From NCBI RefSeq assembly GCF_963676685.1, contig NC_092350.1, forward strand, positions 28,458,001 to 28,522,000: a stretch of 64,000 nucleotides of DNA, written 5' to 3'. Position numbers and translations under genes: made by a program. The notes beneath the pieces were generated by a model. That model had not been told where the DNA came from. It saw only the letters and a program-made list of their open reading frames with translations, and did no database searches. This document shows, piece by piece, positions 38,246 to 51,030 of the stretch (positions within the stretch are counted from its first letter, which is position 1; every line of letters starts with the position of its first letter). Source of the DNA: Mytilus edulis. Lineage: Eukaryota.

Positions 38246-41200
38246 TCATTGTGTTTCAATGGCTACATATATAACTTTATGATCTGACCAATAGGAATCA
38301 AGAACATCTGTTTCAAAATTTACCTTACTATCAAAATTTAGGAAAATTAAGTCCAACAATGTACCATAAGATGTAGTAGGTTTAGACACAATTTGTGAAC
38401 AGCAAAATGAATCTCTCATGAACTTTAAAAAAGAAGTGTTCCCAGTGTTTAAATCAATATTAAAGTCTCCCATTATGATAATTTTTGGATGTCTTAAATA
38501 CACATCAGGAAGAAGGTTTGCAAGGAAAGTATCTTTTAGTTGTTGCAATTTGCAGTTTGGTGCTTTGTAAACAAAGATAACCTGAAAAAGACCTTTGCTG
38601 GGTGATATTATGTCTGCTATAACAAACTCTAAAGATGTAGTTGAGAAAGTGACTGTATTGTGAAGTATACAATCATTTCGATAATATAATACCAATCCAT
38701 GAGGTGGTCTTGTATTAAAGTTTGTTTGCTTTTGGTCTAATCGAACAGGTGTTTCAAAACCAGGTACATAAAAATGATCATTTTCATCTGTTGAAATAAG
38801 TCTTGATTCAGCAATACCAATTACATCAGCATCCAAGATGTTAGGGTCTGATATAAGATCATTAAAATGAGCATGCAATGACCTTGAGTTGTTAAAAACT
38901 ACTTTAAAATAGTTACTTGATAAGTTGTACAATGGCTTAAAGCACAACTGTAGAGTTGCATCTGTCCTTAGTCTGTGTAATTCTTGTCGAACACAATCTG
39001 CTACAGCTATTGCTTCTTGATTGAGATCTAATATCTGTAATCCAGTTAGAGATGTTACTCTGCTTAGCGCAACATAGTGAATATGTGGTATTTTCCCTTT
39101 ACGTTTTGATTTCAGACTAACAACAACCTCATGTAATGTATCTCCTTGCGATTTATGAATCGTTTTTCCGGCTGCTGGCCGAAGAGGAAACTGAATTCTT
39201 TCAAAGGTCTTATATTTATAAGTAAATGACCTTTTAATGTCGAACATTGGAGTCCATATTTTTTCAACATCTTTTGTGTACAAGTGTGAATATTTTCTTC
39301 TATTGTTAGCACCAATTCTATCATCTTCAAACTTAACCCATATGATACTTGGTCTTAAAGATGTAGTTTTGCACTCAATCAATTTAAGTTCACAAGTTGA
39401 ACCATTTGTAAGACCATCAGTGACTTCAATATTAGCTGTAAGATCATATTTCATCCCAATTGCTAATACTACTTCTTTTGCAAGATTGGCTGTATCAGAT
39501 TGTTTTTCTGGTAAAGAACTAAGTAATTTTGTTTTTACAGATGCTGGTAAATCCCCACAAACTGTGTCAACTGCTGTAACTTTAACCTTTTGTGAGCCTA
39601 ATTTAGATATGTATTGCAAATTGAAATTATCCACTAAAGCATTTTCAACAAACAAATGAGTAGCATTAGTTCTGTATGTTGGATCACTGATTGAAACAGT
39701 TCTGGTACTTAAAACTGCAAAATCATTTTCAGTCAGCTGATTTTGTCTCAACCTATTTAGTAATAGAGCAAATTCTAAATCATCCTTTTGTCTCATTATT
39801 TCGGTAAGTTCATGAAAAGAAAATAATAATTTCCAGTAATTAGGAGCTAATGCTGTTAGTCCTTTGCTTAGATCATTGAAAATCCAGCTGTCAAATACAG
39901 GTTGGAGTTGGAAAAAGTCACCAATAGCTATGATACTCACACCACCAAATGAACAGTTGCTTCCCTTGATTTTTTTCAGCCTTCTCTCCAGTAAAGAGAA
40001 CATTTTGTTTCCAACCATTGAAATTTCATCAATCAAAATCAGAGACAAATTTCTGTATTTCATTCTGAGTGTATTGAGAACATCGCATGACAATGACTGG
40101 TCAAGTCCTTTATTTGGTTGTATCTGGAAAGAATTGTGAATGGTCAGACCATTTATATTGTAAGCTGCCTTTCCAGTAGGAGCACAAAGAAGAATTCTAA
40201 TATCGTCAGGGTCCTCACCTTCAATAGAACATAAGTGTCTGTGTAAAGCTTGAAATATTGCTCTGACAACTACAGATTTTCCACATCCTGCTCCACCTGT
40301 CAAAAATGTATAAAATGGTTCATGTTTTGTTTTAACCCATGTGACAACATGTTGGAAAAATTCCCACTGTTTCTTATTCAAGGATCTTATCAATGCAAAA
40401 TAATCACTCTCACTTATTCTGTTTGCATGATTTGTCAATTCTACTGTTCTTGCTTCTATTCCAACTTCACGGGACATATCATACAGTCTATGTTCTGTTG
40501 GTCTATCTGGATTGAAATGAACATACTGTTCAGATTCTGTTGGGCCTATTTCAGCATCTTCCATTTCTACTTGCTGTGTGGCAGGTGCTATTTGATCATT
40601 CTCATTACAATCGTTTTCTGCCTCTTCTATAGCTTTCTCTAGATCCATCACTTTTCCTTCATATTGTTTAGCTTTTTTTTCTAATAGTCTTGCAACAGTC
40701 AAGTACATTTTTTCGAATGTTTCATGTCCGCATTGCAAATCTGAAAGTTCATTTCTCCATGGATAAAATAATATTAAGCGTTCTCTGTAGAAGTTTTCAG
40801 AGTCAGTCTTGTAATTGTATTTAACATATCTTATAACCTTAGGTGTTTTTCTTTGATATATTCGAATACCATTCTTTAGGGTTATGTCGATTTTGTTATT
40901 GATTTCTTCTATAACATCTGCATTTGCCTCTTCATTTTCACTTTCAGATTGATGATCTTGCTGTTCTGTTTCATGATCATCTGAGGACTCTGAAGTTTTA
41001 GGATACTGCAATTCAAGCTGAGATACATAGTCTGCTAGACACCAATTCTCCAGTTGTTTTGGTCTACGCGAGTATCTTTTAATATCATTGTCGGATTCTA
41101 TTTCAGTAGAGTCTGGGCCTAGTTTTTCTAGGGCTGATGATTGCTTGAGGAGGAAAGTTCTTTTGTGTTGTGGAGATGTGTTTATGAAGACAACTTGTCT

Positions 41201-44200
41201 TGTAGCTTTTGTTAAAGGCATCTGTAGTGTTAAGTATGTTGCTTCTTGTGCGCTTGTTTCAACAGAATTTGAAAAGTAATTCCCAATGTGCCTTACTTGA
41301 TGCTTCAAGTCTAAATTTCCCTGTCGCGCTTCTTTTGCTGCTTGATCCAGTAATGCACTCATACCTTTTTGTGACTTGCTTATATATGAAACAATATACA
41401 CTGCACATGCAAATGCATCTAAAACAAACTGTAAATCATGATTTGCTTGCCAAGCTAACAACACAGTTTTCATGTAACCATTAACACGGACTTCAGATGG
41501 TTTTCGTTTGAGAAAAAACTTTTGGACCACTCAAGTTGCTTCTTATGGCCTTAATGTAATTTTCATTATCCATTTGTAACACATCATCTAAAAACATGTC
41601 ATATGTCATCTGGTCTATATCTTCAGAATTGTGGAGTGTATTAATTTCGGTTTGTATTTCTTTATATATAGCTTTGTACTTTTCTATGTCATCATTTTCT
41701 TTCAAAGGCTCTAAGATTACTGTTGCTTTCATAGGTGGACTGGGGAAACCAAAACGACAAATTGGGTGACCTTTTTTTCTGCATGTTTTTGAATGTTTAT
41801 GAACCTGCAAATTGACTAAACTAGTATTATTTTCTAAAAGTGAACAGGAGACATATTTATCAATAAATGCTACAACATCTTCATTTGAATTGCTTTCATA
41901 TACTGGTGCATTTTCAATCCAGATCAAAATATGAATATGTGGTGAACCTCTCTGTTGAAATTCAACTCTATAAAAAAAATCTGTCAATTTTCCAATAGGA
42001 TCATGATCACTTTTCAACACCAAGTTAATAAACTGTTGGACACGATAATCAAAATATCTTGAGCATGTCACAGGGTCTTTCTGAACAAGTTTAGATTTCT
42101 GATGCCAATCCATTTCTTCCAATTCATTGTCAGTATATTCTTTGCCATCATTTAATTTGCCAAGAATTCGTAACAAATCTTTCCAATTAGTGTCTGCAGA
42201 TGAAAGAGAGCCAAACCATGTTGGAAGACCCAACTGTCTGATCATCGCAAACAAATCTTTCTTCCTCTTTTCAAGGTATACTGGAGAGTTTCTTAAACTT
42301 CTAAAGATATAATAACCTTCATCTAATCTTACAAGATCGTTTACAGTGTTAGGATTCAGTACATCTTTTGCTGTCCATTTTTTTCCTTCTGATTGACACC
42401 TTCTTAGAGCAAGATTGACCTTATCACTTATGTTTTTTAACTGAATTTTTTTTAACTTGAAAAATATATTTGGTACAGACTGTGCTACTCTCCTATCCAT
42501 GGACCTTAGTTCCCATTTGACAATATCAGTATAGTGAACAGAGACAGACCTCTCTTTGTTATCTGGCCTTCTTTGACCACAAAATATAGTTGGAAAAGAT
42601 AAGTACTCTGCATCAGGATCACTGTAGAGACTAATTGGTCGTTGACCTTCACCAGGAGCAAAAGTTAAACCTGTATCACATAGTGGATTGTCGTCTGGAA
42701 TGTGATCTAACAGTGTATCTGTGTTTCCAACATGCGTTTCACTTTCATCTACCTCACTGAAATGATCGGAGTCATCATCTGAATCATTCTGATCTTGATT
42801 ATCCTCTTGTTCTGTACTATTTATTTCATTTTCATGTGTTTCTTCATTTATTTGGGCGATTTCTGTAATCCAATCCTCATTTATTTCTATTCCAGAAGAC
42901 TTGTACAAGTCACTTGTTCTCATCAAATAATGTAATGCACAAATGACAGCAAATGGTCTCACATTTTCACTAAAATCACACTTTTTGAATTCCAGCTTCT
43001 TCTTTAGTTTAACTGATATTGTACCTGATTTCTCTAATGTATGTGGAAGTGAATTTATTGTAGGTTGAACTTCAATAGGCACATTTACAACATTGCCTTT
43101 AACTGATAACTGTCCACCTCTTGGCAACTGTCGAATCTGCATAAAAGGAATTCTTAATGATAACAGTCTCTCTTCTAAAAGATACAAATGTAGTTCTTTT
43201 GGTCTTTGGGGAAATCCCATTTTATTGGCTATTGAAAATCGAGGAATTCTTTATTTTTAATTGCATTGAGACAAGTATGACATATCCATTCAATGTCTTG
43301 TACAGATTTAAAATTAGTAAAGCAATGTGACATGTTAGCAGGAGTGGTCATTTTGACAGTTTTAGAATTAACTACAGAATCACAAAACCAAGTTTGTTCA
43401 CATGAAGTACATATATATGTAGGACCATCATTAATTTTTGTTTTAAAATTTCTTATGCAAGCATCAAGGGTTATACCTTGAACTCTTTTCTTTTTTAGGT
43501 TTTTTTCATGATCTGTAAAATCAATGTTTTTTCTTTTAGTACTTTTAACTATTTTATCATAACATCTGTCTATATCAAGTTTGTTCTGTCTAGAACTCTG
43601 TTTCTTCAAACGCTCATTTTCTAAATTTTCTGGATGTGACCTATATTCTTTTTTTCTGTGGTAGTCCTGTTCGGACTCATGTTTTCTGTAGTCTTCATCT
43701 TGTCTGGCAATTTTTTTCTTTTCTGTTTCATTTCTTTTGAAAACATCATTCTTTCTAGCTTCTCTTTTAGCAGCAATTTCTCTTTGTCTCTCTATTTGTC
43801 TTTTATCAAAATTATCTCTTTGAGACTTCTTAATGTCTGCTTCAGCCCTTCTATAATTTTTTTCCTTTCTAAGTTCTCTTTTAGTAGCAAGTTCTCTTTG
43901 TCTCTCTATCTGTCTTACATCTGAATTTTCTCTTTGAGACTTCTTTCTATCTGCTTCAGTCTTTCTATAATTTGTATTCTTTCTTACTTCTCTTTTAGCA
44001 GCAAGTTCTCTTTGTCTTTCTATCTGTCTTGCATCTGAATTTTCTCTCTGAGACTTCTTTCTATCTGCTTCAGCCTTTCTATAATTTGTATCCTTTCTTA
44101 CTTCTCTTTTAGCAGCAAGATCTCTTTGTCTCTCTATCTGTCTTACATCTGAATTTTCTCTCTGAGACTTCTTTCTATCTGCTTCAGTCCTTCTATAATT

Positions 44201-45984
44201 TGTATCCTTTCGTACTTCTCTTTTAGCAGCAAGTTCACTTTTATTGAAATCTTCATTCTTTCTAGCCTCTCTTTTAGCAACAAGTTCTCTTTGTCTTTCT
44301 ATCTGTCTTAAATCAAAATTATCTCTTTTAGACTTCTTACTTTCTGCTTCAGCCCTTCTATAATTTTCATCCTTTCTAACTTCTCTTTTAGCAGCAAGTT
44401 CCCTTTGTCTCTCTATCTGTCTTGTATCTGAATTTTCTCTACGAAATTTTTTTCTATCTGCTTCAGTCATTCTATAATTTGTATCTTTTCTTGCATATCT
44501 TTTTGCATTTAATTCTTTTACCTTGAATTTTATATTTTTTCTTCTATTTTGCATGTAGTTTTTCATATATACAAATTTTGGTACCTTTATATACTGGGTA
44601 GACTTTTTTGTTTGTTTTGTTTTCCTTAGTTTCTGATCATTGAAATAATTCTTAATCTGGTTGGTCACATCTTTGTCAGTATCTATACTACTGATACATA
44701 AAGGTAAAATTTCAAATTGAGAGTCTAAATCAATTTGTAAACTTGTGTAAAAAGCATACAAGTAACTGAGGAGGTCATGTAAGTCAGTAAATCCAACCAA
44801 AATACTTTTGCCAGAGGAATCTAATGGATTGTTCAGTGTACATTCCGAATGAGAATGAGTGTCAAAAAAATAGTATATATGATTAAAATAATAAACTGCC
44901 GAATATATGGCTCCAATCATTATAAGAAATTTATTTGACTGCTTAATACAATTTTGAATTGCTTCTTGTAATGAGAGAAATCCAGTCAACTCTCTTGGTA
45001 CTGTAAAGCTATACCAAACAGAATATTTTGTTTGTTAATTATAAAAATCCCTTCAGGAATTTCAATTTTGACAGGAATTTCATCAAAATTCAAAAGCATA
45101 TTTTTAAATAATCCTTGTGTTGTTAATTCTTGAACATGCTTCCTGTAAATTTCATCACCTTTATTCAAAATGTAATCCAGGTTCAGTGTGTTTGAATCAA
45201 AATTTAAAGTAGAGAGTGATAAGAAAACTAAACAATTACAAGTACATTGGTTTCCCCTGCTTTGATCAGCAAATTTTGTGGCATACTGGTCAAAAGTTCC
45301 AAATTTAAGAAAGTTTGCATTATAAGAATTGACATATTTTGATAGCTCTTCTTCTGAATTATTTTTAAATTGTTCATTTTGGTTTTGCAACAGATCAGTT
45401 TGGATATTACTATGAGAATCTGTTTTTGCATAACTATTGTTTGATTCATGTGACAGAAAATCTGTTTGTATATAACAAGTTTCTTTTGCACAGTTATTGT
45501 AACTGTTTTCATTCAATTCTTTTGCACAGTTATTGTTACTGTTTTGATTCAACTCAGATAGTTCAAGTTTATCTAATTCAGATATTTCAAGTTCATTCAA
45601 TTCAGATGTTTCAAGTATATTCAGTTCAGATATTTCAAGTTTATTCAATTCAGATTTTTCAAGTAGTTTCAAGTTACTGTTGTTTATATTTGTGTGGAGG
45701 TCAGTATCCCCCATGTTATTTGAGTTACTGTTGTTTATATTTGTGTGGAGGTCAGTATCCCCCATGTTATTTGAGTTACTGTTGTTTGTATTTGAGTGGA
45801 GGTCAGTATCCCCCATGTTATTTGAGATACTGTTGTTGAGGGTGTCAGTATCACCCATGTCAAGGTCAATTCTAGTACTGTTTATGGGGCCAGTATCCCC
45901 AGTCAAGTCCGTCAGTGTCTTTTTCTTTGGGTTTTTTACACCACGTTTAGCCTCTGCTGCCCTCCAATTTTTTCTTCTTGGCAT
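38246..45984 (-). pseudogene. Helentron polyprotein: herpes-tegument-like cysteine protease, charged repeats, Zn finger, HUH Rep, PIF1 helicase, AP endonuclease; frameshifts at ~44990, ~43250 and ~41515
   Basis: SRGNQCTCNCLVFL and YFFDTHS (protease); VEFQQRGSPHIHILIW and YIVSYISK (Rep); GGAGCGKS, IDEISM, GDFFQL, TIHKSQG (PIF1); NSRSL, AESR, GDFN, SDH (APE). Confidence 0.93.
43740..44515 (-). repeat. 114-bp (38-aa) coding tandem repeat, about 6-7 units
   Basis: ELAAKREVRKDTNYRKAEADRKKSQRENSDARQIERQR; anchors at 43886, 44000 and 44114. Confidence 0.9.
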
Positions 45985-47339
45985 CTTTAAAAATCTATAA
46001 ATACATATGCAAATAATGTACAATAACGAGGAAAAAATGATACAAATGCATAATGCCATAAAAGAAAGGCTAGATGAACAATTGCATAATGAGAGGTAAT
46101 ATGATAAGTAACTTTAAATAAATCATGAATATAATGTGTGTTTTCTGCCATAGAGTTGTCACTTGTTTAGACATACTAAAGATACACCTTTAGATGTATC
46201 TAGAATACTGATGCCTCAATCACAGGTACATTCAATTCGAATCAAATTCGCTAATCGCATTCACACACTCTTCTTTTTTAATTCGAATTATCCTATTCAC
46301 ATTAGAAATACCTTTTTGTAAATACTAATTAACAGATAACGTCCTTAGCACAGTAAAGCAAATTTGACCCACATTGCAATTTAAATGAGAAATGACGTTA
46401 GGACGCAAAATGTTTTGAATGCCAATTGAACTTATTTCGAATTATGCATAAACTCAGCATGATATGCTTCATGTATTGGAATAAAAATAATATCGTACTT
46501 CCAAAAATTAAGTAAACAAGAGTTTCATGTAAATAAGGTGATAACATTAATGTTCATTAAGAGTAAATTTAGTTTTAACCTTATATAAAAATACATGCTT
46601 ACTTCATTCATATGTATGTGTACAGAAGTTTGAACTTTGACATTTGAAATCAGTCAATACAAATTGGTGTTAAAAACAGTTTTGTGCTTGTAAATATTAT
46701 AATTTCAATTTAAGTTATAAAGAAAAATTACCAATGCATAATTTGAAAAATTTTAATTAATTCAAAGTCACTGGACCATGTTGTAGGGGACAGGTCAAAA
46801 TAGTCATCAAATTGATATGTTATCATAGTATTGCATCTTCATACAAAATATCATTGATCTATCGCATGTAGTTCTTATCAAACTGACTTTAATACGTAGA
46901 AAACGTAACAATTGACTAGATATGTCTGAACTACATGAATGGCCCTGTCTTAAAAAGTTGAAAAATCTGTAATTTCAACAATATATGTGGCCTCAAACAT
47001 GATGGTTATCTCACATATAAAAAATCTGGGCAAAATCTTAAGGCTTGTAGAAAAATAGTCTGTATAACTGTGATTTTCAACAATTTTCAAAGTCTCTAAC
47101 TCTTAATTTTTATCAAAACTTGGCTGAGTGGAACAAAACTTTAACTTGATCTGTTACTCATCACAGTTAAGTAACATAGCAAAAATCAGCCCAATATCTA
47201 AAGGGGTTTAGAAAAAAAGTAGGTATAACTGTGATTTTCAACAATTTATAAATTTCATACCTGTAATTTCGGCAAAAATAAGTAGAGCTTAAAAACTTAA
47301 ACTTGATTTGTTACACATGATTGTCAAGTTACCTAATAA

Positions 47340-48436
47340 CAAGAATGTGTCCAAAGTACACGGATGCCCCACTTGCACTATCATTTTCCATGTTCAATGG
47401 ACCGTGAAAATGGATAAAAAACAAGAATGTGTCCAAAGTACACGAATGCCCCACTCGCACTATCATTTTCCATGGTCAATGGACCATGAAATTGGATAAA
47501 AAATATAATTAGGCATTAAAATTAGAAAGATAATATCATAGGGAACATGTGTACTAAGTTTCAAGTTGATTGGACTTCAAATTCATCAAAAACTACCTTG
47601 ACCAAAAACTTTAACCTTAAACATGCACTTTCATTTTCTATGTTCAGTGGACCGTGAAATTGGGGTCAAAAGTTTAATTTGGCTTTAAAATTAGAAAGAT
47701 CATATCATAAGGAACATGTGTACTAAGTTTCAAGTTGATTGGACTTCAACTTCATCAAAAACTACCTTGACCAAAAACTTTAACCTGAAACATGCACTTT
47801 CATTTTCTATGTTCAGTGGACCGTGAAATTGGGGCAAAAGTTTAATTTGGCTTTAAAATTAGAAAGATCATATCATAAGGAACATGTGTATTAAGTTTCA
47901 AGTTGATTGGACTTCAACTTCATCAAAAACTATCTTGACCAAAAACTTTAACCTGAAGCGGGACAGACGGACGAACGAACAGATGGACGGACGAACGGAC
48001 GGACAGACGAACGGACGCACAGACCAGAAAACATAATGCCCCTCTACTATCGTAGGTGGGGCATAAAAACAATTTGGCATTAAAATTAGAAAGATCATAC
48101 CATAGGGAACATGTGTACTAAGGTTCAAGTTGATTGGACTTCAACTTCATCAAAAACTACCTTGACCAGAAACTTTAACCTGAAACTCCTACTTTCCTTT
48201 TCCATGTTCAGTGGACTGTAAAATTGGGGTCAAAAGTCTAATTTGATTCGAAAATTAGAAAGATCATATCATAGGCAACAACTGTACTAAGTTTCAAGTT
48301 GATTGCACTTCAGCTTCATCAAAAACTACATTGACCAAAAACTTTAACCTGAAGCGGGACGAGCGGACGGACGAACAGACGGACGGACGCACAGACCAGA
48401 AAACATAATGCCCCTCTACTGTCGTAGGTGGGGCGT
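47340..48436 (-). mobile_element. HINE family B, outer copy
   Basis: caagaatgtgtccaaagtacac.gatgcccc end; aatgcccctctac...gtaggtggggc end; (GGAC)n microsatellite; ~169-bp units. Confidence 0.85.
47422..48064 (-). mobile_element. HINE family B, inner copy nested in the outer copy
   Basis: Same two termini repeated internally; three ~169-bp units. Confidence 0.85.
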
Positions 48437-49165
48437 AAAAATCAGCCCAATATCTGAAGGTGATAGAAAAAAGTCTGTATGACTGATTTTCAACAATTTT
48501 CAGTCTTCAACCCTTAATTTAGGAAAAAATCAGCAGACCGGAACTTAAACTTGTGCTGTAACTGATTATACCAAAAATCAGCTTAATATTTACAGGCGTT
48601 TAGAAATAAGTCTGTATAACTATGATTTTCAAAAATTTATCGAAGTCAAAAGACTGTAATTTCGACAAACATTAGCGTAGTGAAATAAAAGCTAAAATTT
48701 GATCTGTAACTCATCATGATTAACTCACATACCAAAAATCAGCCCAATATCTGAAGGCATTTAGAAAATAAAGTCTGTTTAACTGTAATTTTAAACAATT
48801 TATTAAAAGGCCTTAATTTCTGAAGGAAAAGAAGGCGAAGTAGAACAAACCATAATTTGATCTGTAACTCATCATGGTTAACTCATATATACCAAATATC
48901 AGCCCATTATCTGAAGGTGTTACGATAAAAAGTATGTATGAAAGGTTTGTTGCGGAATGATGGAATGACGGACAAGGGTAAAAATATATGGCCCCGACAA
49001 CTATTTTACAGATATTATTAGAAATCATAAAAATAATAGCGAGAACGTCTTTCAATTTTTAATTTGTAGAACTACAAATCAAGTATATCTGTGATATCAG
49101 ATCACAAGTTACAACAACACATAAATGCTTCAAATATTTTATTAACATGATTAATTTAAATGCAA

Positions 49166-49825
49166 CTAGATATCATTGAGATGGGAGCCATCTCTGTGGG
49201 CCCCGCTGTGAATAATGTGCATTAAAAAATTGTATCTTTACCATAGGACATGGGTTTGTCAACTGAAATCAAAGTTTTTGAACTTGACCTTTGACCTAGG
49301 AAGTTGTAAATAAATTATGACACACCCTTTGGTGTTGGTTTATAAACATGTCAAGTATAAACTTTGAAATGATAACGGTTCTTAAGATATAGAGCGGACA
49401 TGATCTTTCCCATAGGACATGGGGTTGTCAACTGAAACCAAAGTTTTTGACCTTGACCTTTGACCTAGGAAGTTGTACATAAATTATGACACACCCTTTG
49501 GTGTTGGTTTATATACATGTCAAGTATAAACTTTGAAATCATAACGGTTCTCAAGATATAGAGCAGACACGATCTACACCACAGGACACAGGGTTGTCAA
49601 CTGAAACCAAAGTTTTTTTACCTTGACCTTTGACCTAGGAAGTTGCACATACATCATGACACGCCCTCTGGTGGTGGTTAATAAACATGTAAAGTATAAA
49701 GTATGAAATCATAATGGTTCTCTAGATATGGAGCGGACACAAAAGTGTTACGGACGGACGGACGGGCGGATGGACGGACGGACAGACTGATCACTATAGG
49801 GTACCCGCCTAAAGGGGGAACCCTA
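49166..49825 (-). mobile_element. HINE family D with three 169-bp units
   Basis: CTAG end, gagatgg..ccatctc hairpin, units at ~49241/49410/49579, (GGAC)n and a terminal tagggt..accta hairpin. Confidence 0.8.
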
Positions 49826-50346
49826 ATTATAATGATTATTCTTCAGACATTTAAATATATCCATTGAAAACTTGTTTCAACTTCATACTTCTCTTTTACA
49901 AGAATGTTTTCTCCACAACAACACTGACATTGTTGGCAAAAAATGCTAAATTTACAAGTGTTTTCAAATTAGATACATTTAATTGTATGCTACCTTATTT
50001 TCGTTTGCACAACACAGTGAAATAAATATAAACAGAAAAATAATAACTAAGCTATTTCAATCAGATTAATATTATTTGCTGTCCTTTATCTGTAATGTAT
50101 AATTTCTTCCCTTTCATGACTTTCATGATCAGTCATTTTTATTTTATACTTTAATTTTACATTCTAAATTTGGAATGCTAGCTAATCAGATTATTCATTT
50201 AATTTCATTAATCCTATTCATCTATATGATATTATATCTAAAAAAAACTAAGCAGTTTGTGAGTCCCCATTATATTTTTAAACTTATGCAAACTTTTTCA
50301 TAAACATGATAAACATACTCTACCTCAGACTGTTTGTTCACTATAA

Positions 50347-51030
50347 CAAGTTTCAAGTTTCAAGTTTTTTATTTCTCAAAGACCCCAACAGGGGTATGTG
50401 AACAATAACAAATACTACATAAGTATTCATAATATAACAAATAACAAAGTATCAAAGTAATGCAGTGAACATTATAAACATTCATTAACATATATACATT
50501 TGAAAAAGTAATGCATTTAAAGGAAGACAGTAAACTTCAAATGGACATATTAATGGTTGAAACAATATTAGTTTAATTAACAACAGATAGTACAATTTTA
50601 CAAAATTTTGCAATTTTAAGAACAACATTGTAAGAGTCGGAATTAAATAATTCATAAAATTTGTCAGTATTATGATTGGTAATAAGATTACAAGGTAATA
50701 AAGATTTCCTTTCATTATTGAAAAAAGTACAATTAAATAAATAATGATATTCATCACCTAATTGGTTTTTGTTACAAATGTCACAAATTCTGTCGTCACG
50801 TTCTATACCCCAAAAGCGACCCCTTTCAATAGGGAGTCGATGATTTAGACATCTAAAATTGCATAAGGCTTTTTTCAAATCATCTGGTAAATTAAGTAAA
50901 TAAAATTCTAAACCATGATTATATTTAAAAATTCTGTAGTTAAGACATTTTGGTGAGTTAAAAATAGTTGTATACCAATTCTGCTTAAATTGATCACATA
51001 ATCTCTGTTAACAAGTTTTGATAAATTTAT
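50347..51030 (-). mobile_element. 5'-truncated LINE (CR1/L2-group-like) 3' end
   Basis: HRLPIERGR...RICDIC...DEYHYLFNC C-terminal zinc knuckle, AATAAA and an (AAACTTG)n tail. Confidence 0.75.

Larger units (their letters stand above)
46915..48998 (-). mobile_element. Degenerate HINE family C (units carrying aaaaatcagcccaatatctgaagg), containing two family-B inserts
   Basis: Repeated ~160-bp units on both sides of 47340-48436, with a (GGAAT)-type microsatellite near 48955. Confidence 0.65.
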
